Virus record (IMG/VR): IMGVR_UViG_3300008255_000272 | Location: 1 to 35,788 of that record | DNA length: 35,788 bases | Origin: a virus | Taxonomy: Duplodnaviria; Caudoviricetes | Strand: one strand, 5' to 3' | Shown: positions 26,487-35,741 of the stretch, one piece after another | Layout: every line of letters starts with the position of its first letter | Numbering within the stretch: the first letter of the stretch is position 1 | Notes under the pieces: generated by a model | What the model was told of the DNA's origin: nothing | What the model saw: the letters and a program-made list of their open reading frames with translations, nothing else | The model's database searches: none | Made by a program: the position numbers and the translations under genes

Positions 26487-26528
26487 AAATCTCCCCTATG
26501 AGATGCTAATAACATTGAGGGGAGATTT
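26487..26528. terminator. Bidirectional terminator-like hairpin between convergent units
   Basis: AAATCTCCCCT / AGGGGAGATTT perfect 11-bp inverted repeat with A and T tracts. Confidence 0.7.
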
Positions 26529-26535
26529 ACTTTTG

Positions 26536-26925
26536 CTAGGCTTCAATCATGTCTGTAATACATTTCACGAGTGATCCAACCATATATGCTCCATATTCTT
26601 CATCTTTCTCTAATGAATATTTTCTAATAGCATGTGAAACTGCGTGATAAGATTCATGAGATATTGTATCAATATCATTTGAAGCGAGTTTTATTTCCTG
26701 TTTCAACCAATAATATTCTCCATTATTACCCCTTGTTCTTGTATTTTCAAAAGATATTTTTATTTTATGGTTGAACTCCGGAAGCACACAATTATTTTCA
26801 TTTCTTAAAAAGTTCATCTGCCAATATTCATATTCTCCATCTACTTTATTTTTGGACCATTCTGAGATATTTATCATAATGTTTACTATGATAAGCACAA
26901 TGGAAATCACAACAACATATTTCAA
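26536..26925 (-). CDS. Membrane-anchored HExxH metallopeptidase-like protein
   Basis: N-terminal hydrophobic helix; HESYH...EEYGAY. Confidence 0.65.
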   Translation of the reverse strand: MKYVVVISIVLIIVNIMINISEWSKNKVDGEYEYWQMNFLRNENNCVLPEFNHKIKISFENTRTRGNNGEYYWLKQEIKLASNDIDTISHESYHAVSHAIRKYSLEKDEEYGAYMVGSLVKCITDMIEA

Positions 26926-26926
26926 T

Positions 26927-27741
26927 TTATCGAGAAATTAATAGTCCAGTAGAAGTGTCTAGTCCGCAGTATGAAGTACACCCTGCTCCATTCCATTTAG
27001 AGATTTTTTGAAGTTCTACGTAATCTGCACCTCCTTGTGAGTTAATGGCTTGTGCTTGAATTTTGATAGCTTCGGCTTCCGCTTTGGCTGTTTCAATTCT
27101 TTGTTGTGCTTCAAATTCAATTCTCTTTAAATCGTTTTGAGCTTTAAGTGCTTCTTGTTGTGAAGTCACCTTTGCTTCAATTGCTTTGTTGAAAGATTCT
27201 GAGAAAGCAAGGTTTGTGATGTTTGATTGTTCAAAAATCACTCCTACTCCTGTAAAGTTTTCTGTAAGTGTTGAGTCGATAACTGAGTTATATTCTGCTC
27301 GTTTTGTAACCAATTCCTCTGCTGTATAAAGGGATGTAGTTTCCTTAATCTCTTTTTTAATGATTGGCTTCAAAACTTGCTCTTCAAAATTTTCCTCTGT
27401 TCGATATTGTTCAAACAATTCTCGAACTTTCAAAGGATCAATTTTGTAGTTTACAACTGTTGAAACTCTAACATCCTGTAAATCTTTTGAAGCTGACTCC
27501 AAAGGATTGTTTGAAAGTGTTTTACCATCTTCATTTACATAATGTTCGTTTTTGATTGTTCGTGTTCGTACATCAATTTTATAAACTTTGTCGATGAAGG
27601 GTGCTTTGAAATAAAGTCCTTGCTCAACTGTTCCTGTGATCTTCCCCAGTCTAACTTTAACTCCTCGTTCACCTGCTCCAACGATTCCGAAAGAGCCAAA
27701 GATTAAAATCAGTCTCCAAATAATTTAAAACCTGAATCCAT
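26927..27741 (-). pseudogene. SPFH/prohibitin (Band 7) family protein with frameshifted N-terminus
   Basis: Frame open from 27724 encodes FGIVGAGERGVKVRLG...GLYFKAPFID...SKDLQDV...AIEAKV. The only upstream ATG (27741) is in another frame and stops after 10 codons. Confidence 0.7.
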
Positions 27742-27927
27742 TTTTTTAATTTTTAATTATAAATAGTTTACTGTCATTCCGGACAACAAACTATTTATCT
27801 TCCATAAAGTTCCCAATTACATTTTTCATAACTCCAAATATAAACTAAATTGTCTTCTCCTAAACCAAATATTTCATGTCCTTCTTCCGTAGCAGATGAT
27901 GAAAATTGAATTATTTTTGATGTCATA

Positions 27928-28227
27928 TTATTTCTCTTCTTTTGGAGCATTAAATACTAATGATAAAACTTTTGTTTCAACCGCAACGCCGGTCTGTTGT
28001 TCTTTTTCTTTTAGCTTTGAAAGCTTCACTTCCATCTTTTTTACATCTTCAGAATAAGTCCATCGTGGTAATTCATTAATCCTAAAACTTCCAAACTCTG
28101 TTGGAATTTTATCCTGTCCTTTTTCTTTCATCTCTTTAATGATCAATGGCTTCTTTTCTTCAATTGCATCTGCAATAATCTTTTCTTGTTTCTTCAACTC
28201 TGCGTATTCAATAAATATTTTTTTCAT
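27928..28227 (-). CDS. Coiled-coil early protein (possibly Gp157/Gam-like)
   Basis: YAELKKQEKII...GSFRI...WTYSEDVKKME; downstream of operator copy 2. Confidence 0.55.
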   Translation of the reverse strand: MKKIFIEYAELKKQEKIIADAIEEKKPLIIKEMKEKGQDKIPTEFGSFRINELPRWTYSEDVKKMEVKLSKLKEKEQQTGVAVETKVLSLVFNAPKEEK

Positions 28228-28278
28228 GTTTGTGTTAGTGAATAGAATTCACATTACTTGATAACAATATCTATTGTA

Positions 28279-28291
28279 GCGAACAGTTCGC
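28279..28291. promoter_or_regulatory. Palindromic operator copy 2 (GCGAACAGTTCGC)
   Basis: Perfect palindrome abutting a minus-strand TACAAT -10. Confidence 0.75.
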
Positions 28292-28574
28292 AAATAACAA
28301 GTGATACTTTTCCCCAGTTAGAGATCACCCATAGCTCGAGCCACTTTGTCCGCAGTTTTTTGAGTTATAACCAGTCCTCTAGTCATTGATTTTGGAATAT
28401 TGTTGTTCTTAATATTCTTTGCTTTCAAATACCTTTTTCGTCTAGCTTGTTGTTTAACTTTGTTGCTCATCTTGTTGTTTCTTTAATCTTCGTGCTTCAA
28501 CTGATTTCTTTTGAAGATATTGATAATACTCCTTTGTTCTAAACTCTGCTTTTGCACTTTTCTTCCCCATGTTT

Positions 28575-29243
28575 CTATAATGCTCCTTGATTATTTTTTC
28601 TGAATCTTTCATAGTCTTCTTGAATTTCTTTAGCGACCTTTATAATATCCCTTTTGATTGCATCTCGTTCCCATTGTGCAATGGTCCGTTTAAATTCTTT
28701 AACTTCTCCGGTGAGTTTCAATCCCTTGTTCACCGCTTCAAGTTGCCTTCCTTTATAATGGATATACGACTCCTGCGTTTCCAAATAAATCAATTTGCAT
28801 TGATTTTGCACTGTGCCATATTTTTCTTGAATCAACATTGAATAAAAATCAAGTTGCTTATGTTTGGAAACTGCTAAATCGGTCCAGTTGTGTTTTCCAT
28901 CTTTCGTCTTGTGTGATGTTTTATATTCCAAAAATCTCTTTTTCACTGGATCGAAGTTGTCGAGATAACCGATAACTTTAATTCCTTCAATTTCGACACT
29001 GATTTTATGTTCAGGATTTTTATATTTCTCGACATGCTTCACTTCTGGATGATCTTCTTCTAAATATTTACCAATCTTTTTGCCAAAGATTGTTTCAGGA
29101 GTTTCGAATCGTGGTCTTTCCGGATGATAATACTGATCACGATAACCTTCCTTTCCTGATTTCCATTTTGAATAAGAACTCCACGACAAACTATTTTTCT
29201 GATAACCATATATGCTTTTATATTCTTCTTTTTTTTCTGTCAT
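28575..29243 (-). CDS. PD-(D/E)XK (Cas4/RecB-like) exonuclease
   Basis: LSWSSYS; FGKKIG; GYLDN...LEYKTS; QLDFY motifs. Confidence 0.8.
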   Translation of the reverse strand: MTEKKEEYKSIYGYQKNSLSWSSYSKWKSGKEGYRDQYYHPERPRFETPETIFGKKIGKYLEEDHPEVKHVEKYKNPEHKISVEIEGIKVIGYLDNFDPVKKRFLEYKTSHKTKDGKHNWTDLAVSKHKQLDFYSMLIQEKYGTVQNQCKLIYLETQESYIHYKGRQLEAVNKGLKLTGEVKEFKRTIAQWERDAIKRDIIKVAKEIQEDYERFRKNNQGAL

Positions 29244-29265
29244 GTTTTCCCCATTGTAGCAATTG

Positions 29266-29280
29266 TGCGAACTGTTCGCA
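29266..29280. promoter_or_regulatory. Palindromic operator copy 3 (TGCGAACTGTTCGCA) centred in a bidirectional promoter
   Basis: Flanked symmetrically by TGCTACAAT (minus strand) and TGATACAAT (plus strand). Confidence 0.78.
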
Positions 29281-29338
29281 ATTGATACAATAGTAAATGT
29301 GTGAATAACACAACATTAAAAATAATTCATAAATACAC

Positions 29339-30007
29339 ATGGCACGAGAACAAAAAAGCAATGCTGATTTTGTATCAATTCTAGGAAGCGATGCAACATT
29401 CAGACTTGTAGTTCCGGAAGGGACAGAGGGTGCAGAAGTTAGAGAATATGAAACACCGGATGGAGTTAAAGGATCAAAGAATGAAATTGTCTTCAAGGCA
29501 CTTTCAGGGAAGATCACAAAGGTAGCGTTTGCAGATACAACTTTCGGAAGACTGTTGCAAGTTACAATTAATGATGAGAACGGAGATCTTATCATCTCAA
29601 CACCAGTTGGAAATAACTTTGCAACTGACTTGATGAAGAAACTTCCTTCAATGGATTTCTCAAAAGTTTATCGTCTTGCTCCTTACTCAATTGAAAAGGA
29701 TGGAAAGACAAATCGTGGAATTTCAATTATCGAAGGAACAAAACAGGACAAAGAAGCTCCACGAGTTGAAAATTTCTTCTATGATAAAACTGCGAAGAAA
29801 GAACTTCATGGATTTCCTGCTCCAAAAGGAGATATTGAAAAGTTTACAAAGAACAAGTGGAAGGCATATTTCGGTGAAGTTGAGGATTTCTTAATTGAAT
29901 ATACTGAACAAAATTTAATCAACAAACAGGCGGAGAAAACAGGAATCGAAGCCTTTGAGGACATTGATCCGGAGAAGGAAGCGGAAGAATTAATGGGTAA
30001 GAAGTAA
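29339..30007 (+). CDS. Putative single-stranded DNA-binding protein
   Basis: OB-like beta-rich core; acidic C-terminal tail; next to nuclease and resolvase. Confidence 0.5.
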   Translation: MAREQKSNADFVSILGSDATFRLVVPEGTEGAEVREYETPDGVKGSKNEIVFKALSGKITKVAFADTTFGRLLQVTINDENGDLIISTPVGNNFATDLMKKLPSMDFSKVYRLAPYSIEKDGKTNRGISIIEGTKQDKEAPRVENFFYDKTAKKELHGFPAPKGDIEKFTKNKWKAYFGEVEDFLIEYTEQNLINKQAEKTGIEAFEDIDPEKEAEELMGKK

Positions 30008-30010
30008 CCA

Positions 30011-30394
30011 TTAGTAAATCACTTCAATAGTTGAAATAGCTTTGGCTCTAACCCAGTCAAGGCTTTTTCTTTTAGATCTCTCTGATTCCAAAACAAATGT
30101 TTCGACATCAATAATGACAAAGCCTTTTTTCTGATACTTGATCACAATCCATGCGAAGACTCCATTCAAAAAGAAAAAGTCAAAGGGCTTCACACCTCTG
30201 GAATCATCCGGAATTTTGTACAATATTCCCTTTCCTCGAAGTTTTGATGCTAACAAGGCATTGATTTGATGCTCCTTAACGGCTGAAAAGGGCAATAGTG
30301 CTGTTGTTTGCTTCAACTCGTAGGCACTTGTCGGCATTGGATTTGCTCTCAACCACGATCTAAATTCCGGTCCAAACGATGCTTCTTTCTTCAT
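30011..30394 (-). CDS. RecU-like Holliday junction resolvase / PD-(D/E)XK nuclease
   Basis: KEASF; AYELKQT; FSAVKEHQ; YKIPD...KPFDF. Confidence 0.7.
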   Translation of the reverse strand: MKKEASFGPEFRSWLRANPMPTSAYELKQTTALLPFSAVKEHQINALLASKLRGKGILYKIPDDSRGVKPFDFFFLNGVFAWIVIKYQKKGFVIIDVETFVLESERSKRKSLDWVRAKAISTIEVIY

Positions 30395-30723
30395 ATATTC
30401 TTAATTATTTTAATAAAATATTCATCATTCCCAAAATCTTCAATCAATTCTTTTTTAAACAACAATCCAACTTTAATATCTTCTTTCCACATTTTTATTG
30501 AAATATCTAGTTTTCTTTTTGCTTCAACTAAAGGATTTAATTTGGTATGCATTCCGACTCTAATATTATTCTTGCCGGACACAGTCGCTTCAATAAATGA
30601 TTGAATTTCTTGATCTGTTGGATTAATCTTACCAAATTTTATAAGAAAATTAATTTCTGATTTTTGTTTATTTGTCATTCTCTTTGACATACAAATATTC
30701 TGTTTCGGTTTATATTTTTTCAT
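30391..30723 (-). CDS. Hypothetical protein
   Basis: ATGA overlap with the resolvase start. Confidence 0.55.
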   Translation of the reverse strand: MKKYKPKQNICMSKRMTNKQKSEINFLIKFGKINPTDQEIQSFIEATVSGKNNIRVGMHTKLNPLVEAKRKLDISIKMWKEDIKVGLLFKKELIEDFGNDEYFIKIIKNI

Positions 30724-30855
30724 GTTATTTATCTTAAGTGGAGGTGACTAAAATGATCTTCTTCATACCAATCCTCACAAATACTACAATACACCGGCAA
30801 TCCGATATTTGCCATTATTTTTTCTATCGCTTTTTCTATTTTTTTGAAGTCCATA

Positions 30856-31068
30856 TTATTCATTATCCCAATTACACAATGCACAAGTTTTTGGATTGTG
30901 TCCGTCTTCAACCACTTCTTCGCAGTGAATACATCGACCTCCAAACATTCCATCGCAGTTGTAAGGGTGCATATCATCTGCCATACAAACATGAATTTTA
31001 TCTGGTGTGGCGTTGTGCTTTTTACTTATTGCTTTAATTGCTTTTTCTCGTGATTTTTTAAGTGTCAT
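30856..31068 (-). CDS. Cys/His-rich small protein
   Basis: HVC, CIHC and CALC motifs. Confidence 0.55.
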   Translation of the reverse strand: MTLKKSREKAIKAISKKHNATPDKIHVCMADDMHPYNCDGMFGGRCIHCEEVVEDGHNPKTCALCNWDNE

Positions 31069-31919
31069 ACTAATAATGTTTAGGTGTAATTCCTTGTGCT
31101 TCTACAATTTCGTTTATTAAGATTTCCATATGTTATATTTCCTTTATCGTAATCTTCTAATCTATCTAAAACTTTCTCTACTTTCTTTTTTGCTTTCCTG
31201 ATTTCTTTATCTGTAAGCATATTGTTATTTCATACACACAAAGCTACAAGGCTTTGCATAAGTTTTAGCGTCTGTTTCTCTTAAATCTTTTGCGACACCT
31301 TCAAGCCAAAATATAATTCTAGCTTTATTTCTTTCTGTGAGTTCTGGTACTGTTAATTTTGCGATTTGTTTTTTCATACTTACTTGTTATTTAAAAAATC
31401 TATTACTTCATTCAGTTTTTGAACTACATTTAGTAGTACCTCTGGAATACTACTATAATAATCTACTTCTATTTTTTCAATCTTACTCATATTACTTGTT
31501 ATTTAATTTATTGATAATCTCGTTAATTTTCTTACCTAATTCGTAAATAGTCGCTAAGTGTTCATCTATATTTTCAATCTTACTCATCTCCACAATATCC
31601 TTCTCTTTCTTTTCTAGGATAGCTTCAAATTTTGTCAGCCACCATTCTGCTGTTTGAAAAGGGTTATATTCTACTTCAAGGTTTAACCACTCTTCTTTGA
31701 TTTTATCTTTTTCTGTATCTGATAGTTTCATATTATTTATTTGACTAGTTATTGTAGAACCAGTATCCATCGCACTCTTTGTATTTTGTACACCTGTTAC
31801 ACATTTCGTCACCTCCTCCATTCCACATATCATTGTGGAAACGATGACCGAATAATGAACACCACAACCTAGCAAGTATTAGGCGTTTGTAGTATGTGAT
31901 TAGCAATTTTCTTTTCATA

Positions 31920-32138
31920 TTATTTAATCATCTCTTTAGCTTGTAAAAAATCCTGTTTCTTTACTCCACAATTCATACACTTCCATAATTCTGGTGGAAC
32001 ATCTTTATCATCTCTATACACTATTCCACTCTCTGACAGTGTATATACCCAACGATGTCTATTTTTTGAGCAGTCGTATCTCTCCAACTTTTCAAAAAAC
32101 CAGTAGATAAATCTATCAATCCAATTTTGTTCTTTCAT
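31920..32138 (-). CDS. Small zinc-binding hypothetical protein
   Basis: C...HRW...CMNCG. Confidence 0.6.
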   Translation of the reverse strand: MKEQNWIDRFIYWFFEKLERYDCSKNRHRWVYTLSESGIVYRDDKDVPPELWKCMNCGVKKQDFLQAKEMIK

Positions 32139-32485
32139 TTCAATAATTCTTTAGCTTGTAATAGTTCTTGTTGTTTGTGGGATATTTCTTCTTCTATTGC
32201 ATCGTTATACTCCTCATCTCCAATCCAAAGCTCGCAATATTGGTGGTTATCTTCGGTTGGGTTTCTTTGACAATTAGGAGTGTGGCTTATTCTCTCTGTT
32301 CTTTTCATTTTCTCTAATCTCAAAATAGATTTCTCAAGATATGCTATGTGAAACAATACAATGTCCTTTATCATATTTGATTTTATTCCTTGTGGGATTG
32401 GTACAAATGCTGATATTTTTGAATTCCAAACCTCCTTGTATTTAAGGTCAAATATTTCAGTTGCTTCTTCTAGGTGTGTAGTCAT
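32135..32485 (-). CDS. Hypothetical protein
   Basis: Tightly packed in the early operon. Confidence 0.6.
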   Translation of the reverse strand: MTTHLEEATEIFDLKYKEVWNSKISAFVPIPQGIKSNMIKDIVLFHIAYLEKSILRLEKMKRTERISHTPNCQRNPTEDNHQYCELWIGDEEYNDAIEEEISHKQQELLQAKELLK

Positions 32486-32487
32486 AG

Positions 32488-33156
32488 TTAGTTAATTTCA
32501 CATTCTCTAATAAGCTCTAATAGTTTCTCTGACATTACTATGAATTGTTTTTCATAATCAGCCCCAGCCCAAGCCCCAGCCCCAGCCCAAGCCCCAGCCC
32601 AAGCCCTAGCCCCAGCCCAAGCCATAGCCCAAGCCCTAGCCCCAGCCCAAGCCCTAGCCCAAGCCCCAGCCCCAGCCCAAGACCTGTCAATTTTCAAGTA
32701 CAGCTCATAAAACTCATCTTCTGAAACTTTTTCAGTTAAAGTTCTTTTGTAAAGTGCTACTACTTCTTCGCATAATTCATAAACTTCTTTATCTTCTTGC
32801 ACTTCCTTAATATTTTTTAGCCCGTATGCTTCATCTTCAAATTGCCAAATAACAAACTTTGCTACTACTTTTGATAGGTCTGCTTTAACAGGGACTGCTT
32901 CCAAAAATCTCAATGGAAAAGTCATTGCTAATTCATTTGGTAAGTTCTCAAAAATAGTATCTTCTAAATACGCAATTTCTTTTGGTATTCCTAGTTCTTT
33001 TTCATACTTAGAATGGTCTGAACCTTCTATTGTGCAACCCACTGCACAACCTTTTCCATTCTCCCAATATTGACCTTTAATGATTTGGTCTGCCTCTTGA
33101 TGTGCTTTTACTCGTGCAATGTATTTATCTTTGGTCTCTTGTGTAAATGTTCTCAT
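32488..33156 (-). CDS. Phage protein with Trp/Gly/Arg-Ala low-complexity tract
   Basis: GCAVGC N-terminal motif; [10 protein letters not shown] repeats. Confidence 0.75.
   Translation of the reverse strand: MRTFTQETKDKYIARVKAHQEADQIIKGQYWENGKGCAVGCTIEGSDHSKYEKELGIPKEIAYLEDTIFENLPNELAMTFPLRFLEAVPVKADLSKVVAKFVIWQFEDEAYGLKNIKEVQEDKEVYELCEEVVALYKRTLTEKVSEDEFYELYLKIDRSWAGAGAWARAWAGARAWAMAWAGARAWAGAWAGAGAWAGADYEKQFIVMSEKLLELIRECEIN
32560..32679. repeat. 20 tandem hexamers AGCCCN (one AGCCAT)
   Basis: Directly visible; encodes (W/G/R/M)-A dipeptides on the minus strand. Confidence 0.92.
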
Positions 33157-33158
33157 AC

Positions 33159-33488
33159 TTATGATGTTAGGTTTTGAATAATTTTCAAAGTGTCTTTTAC
33201 TCCCTGTTCATATATTGCCACTTTTTCTGCCTCTCCTGCTTTTCCCTCCCAAACTACAAATGGTAATTTTCCACCTGATAAAGACATCACATTTTTGTAA
33301 TACCCTAAAACAAACTTCTCAATCTCCTCAACAATTAACTTTTCTATTTCTGGGATTTTATTTCTAAGGTCTTGTTTTGCGTGGTTGTAATGATTCCAAG
33401 TTTGTTGGCATAATTCGCAGTTCTCTGTGCATTGGATTTTCCTATCCTCCCCAATAGCTTCTGAAATTATTTGTTGTATTTTACTCAT
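33159..33488 (-). CDS. Hypothetical protein
   Basis: Coupled to neighbouring genes; CxxxCxxC motif. Confidence 0.6.
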   Translation of the reverse strand: MSKIQQIISEAIGEDRKIQCTENCELCQQTWNHYNHAKQDLRNKIPEIEKLIVEEIEKFVLGYYKNVMSLSGGKLPFVVWEGKAGEAEKVAIYEQGVKDTLKIIQNLTS

Positions 33489-33898
33489 AGCTCTTCGCAG
33501 TTAATCTTAAATTTTCTATCGCCAATGTTCAAAATCAAATGGTCAATGTTCAGATTCAATGTGTCAGTATTCCCGAAAAGCACTACACGGCTGTCAGAAG
33601 ACCAATCGTTCCTAGCCCAGAGACCGTAGCGGCGCCACTCACCGTCGTTCCAGCGGCCACACGGCACATCCCACTCACCGTCCGAGCGGCGAAACGCAGA
33701 ACCAAAAAAGAAGTAGAAATTACCGTCCTTAAATTGTTCAGGGATTTTATCAGGATTTTCTTCAAAGAATTTTGAAATATCTTCTGTTGCTAATCGGTCT
33801 TTGTAGTTTTCGTTTAAGTGGTCTAGTAGTTCTTGAATTTCTTTTCCTCTAAACTCTGCAAATTTTAGTACCTCTAATGTTTTTATTTTGTCTTCCAT
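33485..33898 (-). CDS. Protein with C-type-lectin-like, DGR variable-region-like segment
   Basis: FYFFFGSAFRRSDGEWDVPCGRWNDGEWRRYGLWARNDWSSDSRVVL, encoded by a GC-rich, NNC-codon-rich patch; start reassigned to MEDKIK. Confidence 0.6.
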   Translation of the reverse strand: MEDKIKTLEVLKFAEFRGKEIQELLDHLNENYKDRLATEDISKFFEENPDKIPEQFKDGNFYFFFGSAFRRSDGEWDVPCGRWNDGEWRRYGLWARNDWSSDSRVVLFGNTDTLNLNIDHLILNIGDRKFKINCEEL

Positions 33899-33899
33899 C

Positions 33900-34070
33900 T
33901 TAATTTTCCTTAATCTTATAAAGCCCCTCAAACTCTGCTTTGGTCATTACCTCTGTAACATCATCTGGTAAGTAGCCATAGACGTGTCTTCCGAAGTAGT
34001 CGTCACAATGTATTACTTCTACTTCTTCTCCTGTACCTATATTTATTGCTTTTGATTTGAAGTTTGACAT
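33900..34070 (-). CDS. Small hypothetical protein
   Basis: MSNFKSKA...DDYFGRHVYGY. Confidence 0.6.
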   Translation of the reverse strand: MSNFKSKAINIGTGEEVEVIHCDDYFGRHVYGYLPDDVTEVMTKAEFEGLYKIKEN

Positions 34071-34071
34071 A

Positions 34072-34590
34072 TTAGTTTTGTGGAACATTCCAGTTAATTC
34101 TTTCGTCTGTAATATGTACCCTGTCTTTGTCTAGCCATTCATCTTCTTCGTCATCTCCTACTAGAGATGGATATAAATCGGGCTGATAAGGCTTTCCATC
34201 AAGCCTACGGAGCATAACTTCACCATCATTAACATATCTTTCTACGACACTGGGTATTCCGCCGTGATGTACTTTCTTTCCAACTATTTCCTCTTTCCAG
34301 TTCTCCAGTTGCACTCCAAATAATTCAAAATGGCATTGCAACTTATGTAGACCCCCACTCAAAAGCATTAAGGCTCTTTCTGGACTTCTGCAAAATTCGT
34401 TTAATACACAATCACCATTGAGATAGATTTTTACCTCTCCTCCCTTTCTCCATTGGTCACCACTATACTCACTTTCTTTCAAATAAGTCTTTGGATTATA
34501 TTCAAGTTTCCATTCTACAAAATGTCCGTCAAAATCAACTCCGTCTATTTCGTGTCTGTGGGTTTTTTCATTGTATATTGGTTTTCTCAT
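34072..34590 (-). CDS. Hypothetical protein
   Basis: 172-aa ORF in the early operon. Confidence 0.7.
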   Translation of the reverse strand: MRKPIYNEKTHRHEIDGVDFDGHFVEWKLEYNPKTYLKESEYSGDQWRKGGEVKIYLNGDCVLNEFCRSPERALMLLSGGLHKLQCHFELFGVQLENWKEEIVGKKVHHGGIPSVVERYVNDGEVMLRRLDGKPYQPDLYPSLVGDDEEDEWLDKDRVHITDERINWNVPQN

Positions 34591-34722
34591 ACTTATTTTA
34601 AGTTATATCTATTAAGTGTTTCTATGATTTCGTTTATCTTGTTTGCAAGTAGTAAAGCGTTAGAGTCAAATTCAATGCTACTAATATCTTTTATTTCTGA
34701 CCTTTCTATTTTTTCGATCATA

Positions 34723-35016
34723 TTAATCTTTAAAAACATTAATTAAATAACCTGATTCATCGATCCTGTCAGAAATTGCTTTTTTAGCTTCATCCGAAAG
34801 CTTATTAGAAAGCTTCAATTGATTACCGGCGTCGAACATTGCAACAATAAACATCACATTATCTTCAAAGTTTTTAATGTCTTTAATTCTGTTTATTTTT
34901 TCTGTTGCATAACCAAACTCATCATTGTCAGTATCAACTTCTTTCCACAATTCCATCGCTTTTTCTTTTACTTCTTCAAAAACTTCATCACTCGGAGATA
35001 CATAATATAATTTCAT
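34723..35016 (-). CDS. Hypothetical protein
   Basis: 97-aa ORF in the early operon. Confidence 0.65.
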   Translation of the reverse strand: MKLYYVSPSDEVFEEVKEKAMELWKEVDTDNDEFGYATEKINRIKDIKNFEDNVMFIVAMFDAGNQLKLSNKLSDEAKKAISDRIDESGYLINVFKD

Positions 35017-35028
35017 ATTATTTTAATT

Positions 35029-35304
35029 TTATTTAACATCACCTAATAAATGATTCCGGAGAATCGCTTCGAGATCAATAATTGTTGTTTCTGGACTAAG
35101 ACATTTCTTCGCTTGATCTTTATATACCGCAGTTTTGAAATCTACCATTATAGCTTCCAACATTTCGAGTTCATTTATATCTCTATTTTCGAGTTCGGCT
35201 ATTTGTTCCTTCCAACAAAGACAAACACATTCTGGGTTTATTTCTAAAAGACATTTGTGTTCCTCTATTTTCTTTTGAAGTTCTTTAATTCGTGTGTGTC
35301 GCAT
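35029..35304 (-). CDS. Hypothetical protein
   Basis: 91-aa ORF with Cys cluster. Confidence 0.6.
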   Translation of the reverse strand: MRHTRIKELQKKIEEHKCLLEINPECVCLCWKEQIAELENRDINELEMLEAIMVDFKTAVYKDQAKKCLSPETTIIDLEAILRNHLLGDVK

Positions 35305-35589
35305 ATCATTTTAGTGTTAAACTAATAAAATATAAACTTACAAATATTATTACCGCAACAATCTTCATTATTTTAAAAATCTTCTTTTGTTTTATTCTTT
35401 TGTTGATTCCGTAGTGTTTTGGCATATTAGTTTAGAGTACAACTTACTGCAAAAGCGTGGATTAATAAAATTGCACCAACAAATACCGCCAACAGAATAA
35501 AACTCTGCATGAATACTTCAAATTTCTTCAATCTATTTCTACGATCAAACTCAGCTCTTAATTCACTTTTTGTTTCAAAAATTTGCATA

Positions 35590-35727
35590 TTAGTTATCAT
35601 CATTAATTGGATAAATACAGTCCGGACAAGGTTTTGTTCCGATCACATCGTATTCGAAATTATCTCCATCACCCATAATTTCTACAAATCCATCACCATT
35701 ACAATTTTCACACTGATTATTTCTCAT
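35590..35727 (-). CDS. 45-aa DnaJ-type zinc-finger protein; first gene of the early operon
   Basis: Manual translation MRNNQCENCNGDG...PCPDC. Confidence 0.65.
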   Translation of the reverse strand: MRNNQCENCNGDGFVEIMGDGDNFEYDVIGTKPCPDCIYPINDDN

Positions 35728-35741
35728 ACCTATTCATAATA

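Noticed and set aside
28279-28291. Canonical LexA (Cheo) box
   Set aside because: Spacer is 1 nt rather than 4; kept as an operator of unknown regulator.
29218-29595. Many overlapping or antisense track ORFs (e.g. 551..733, 9424..9639, 21768..22181, 22055..22426, 29218..29595)
   Set aside because: Shadow frames of well-supported genes, with no motifs or expression signals.
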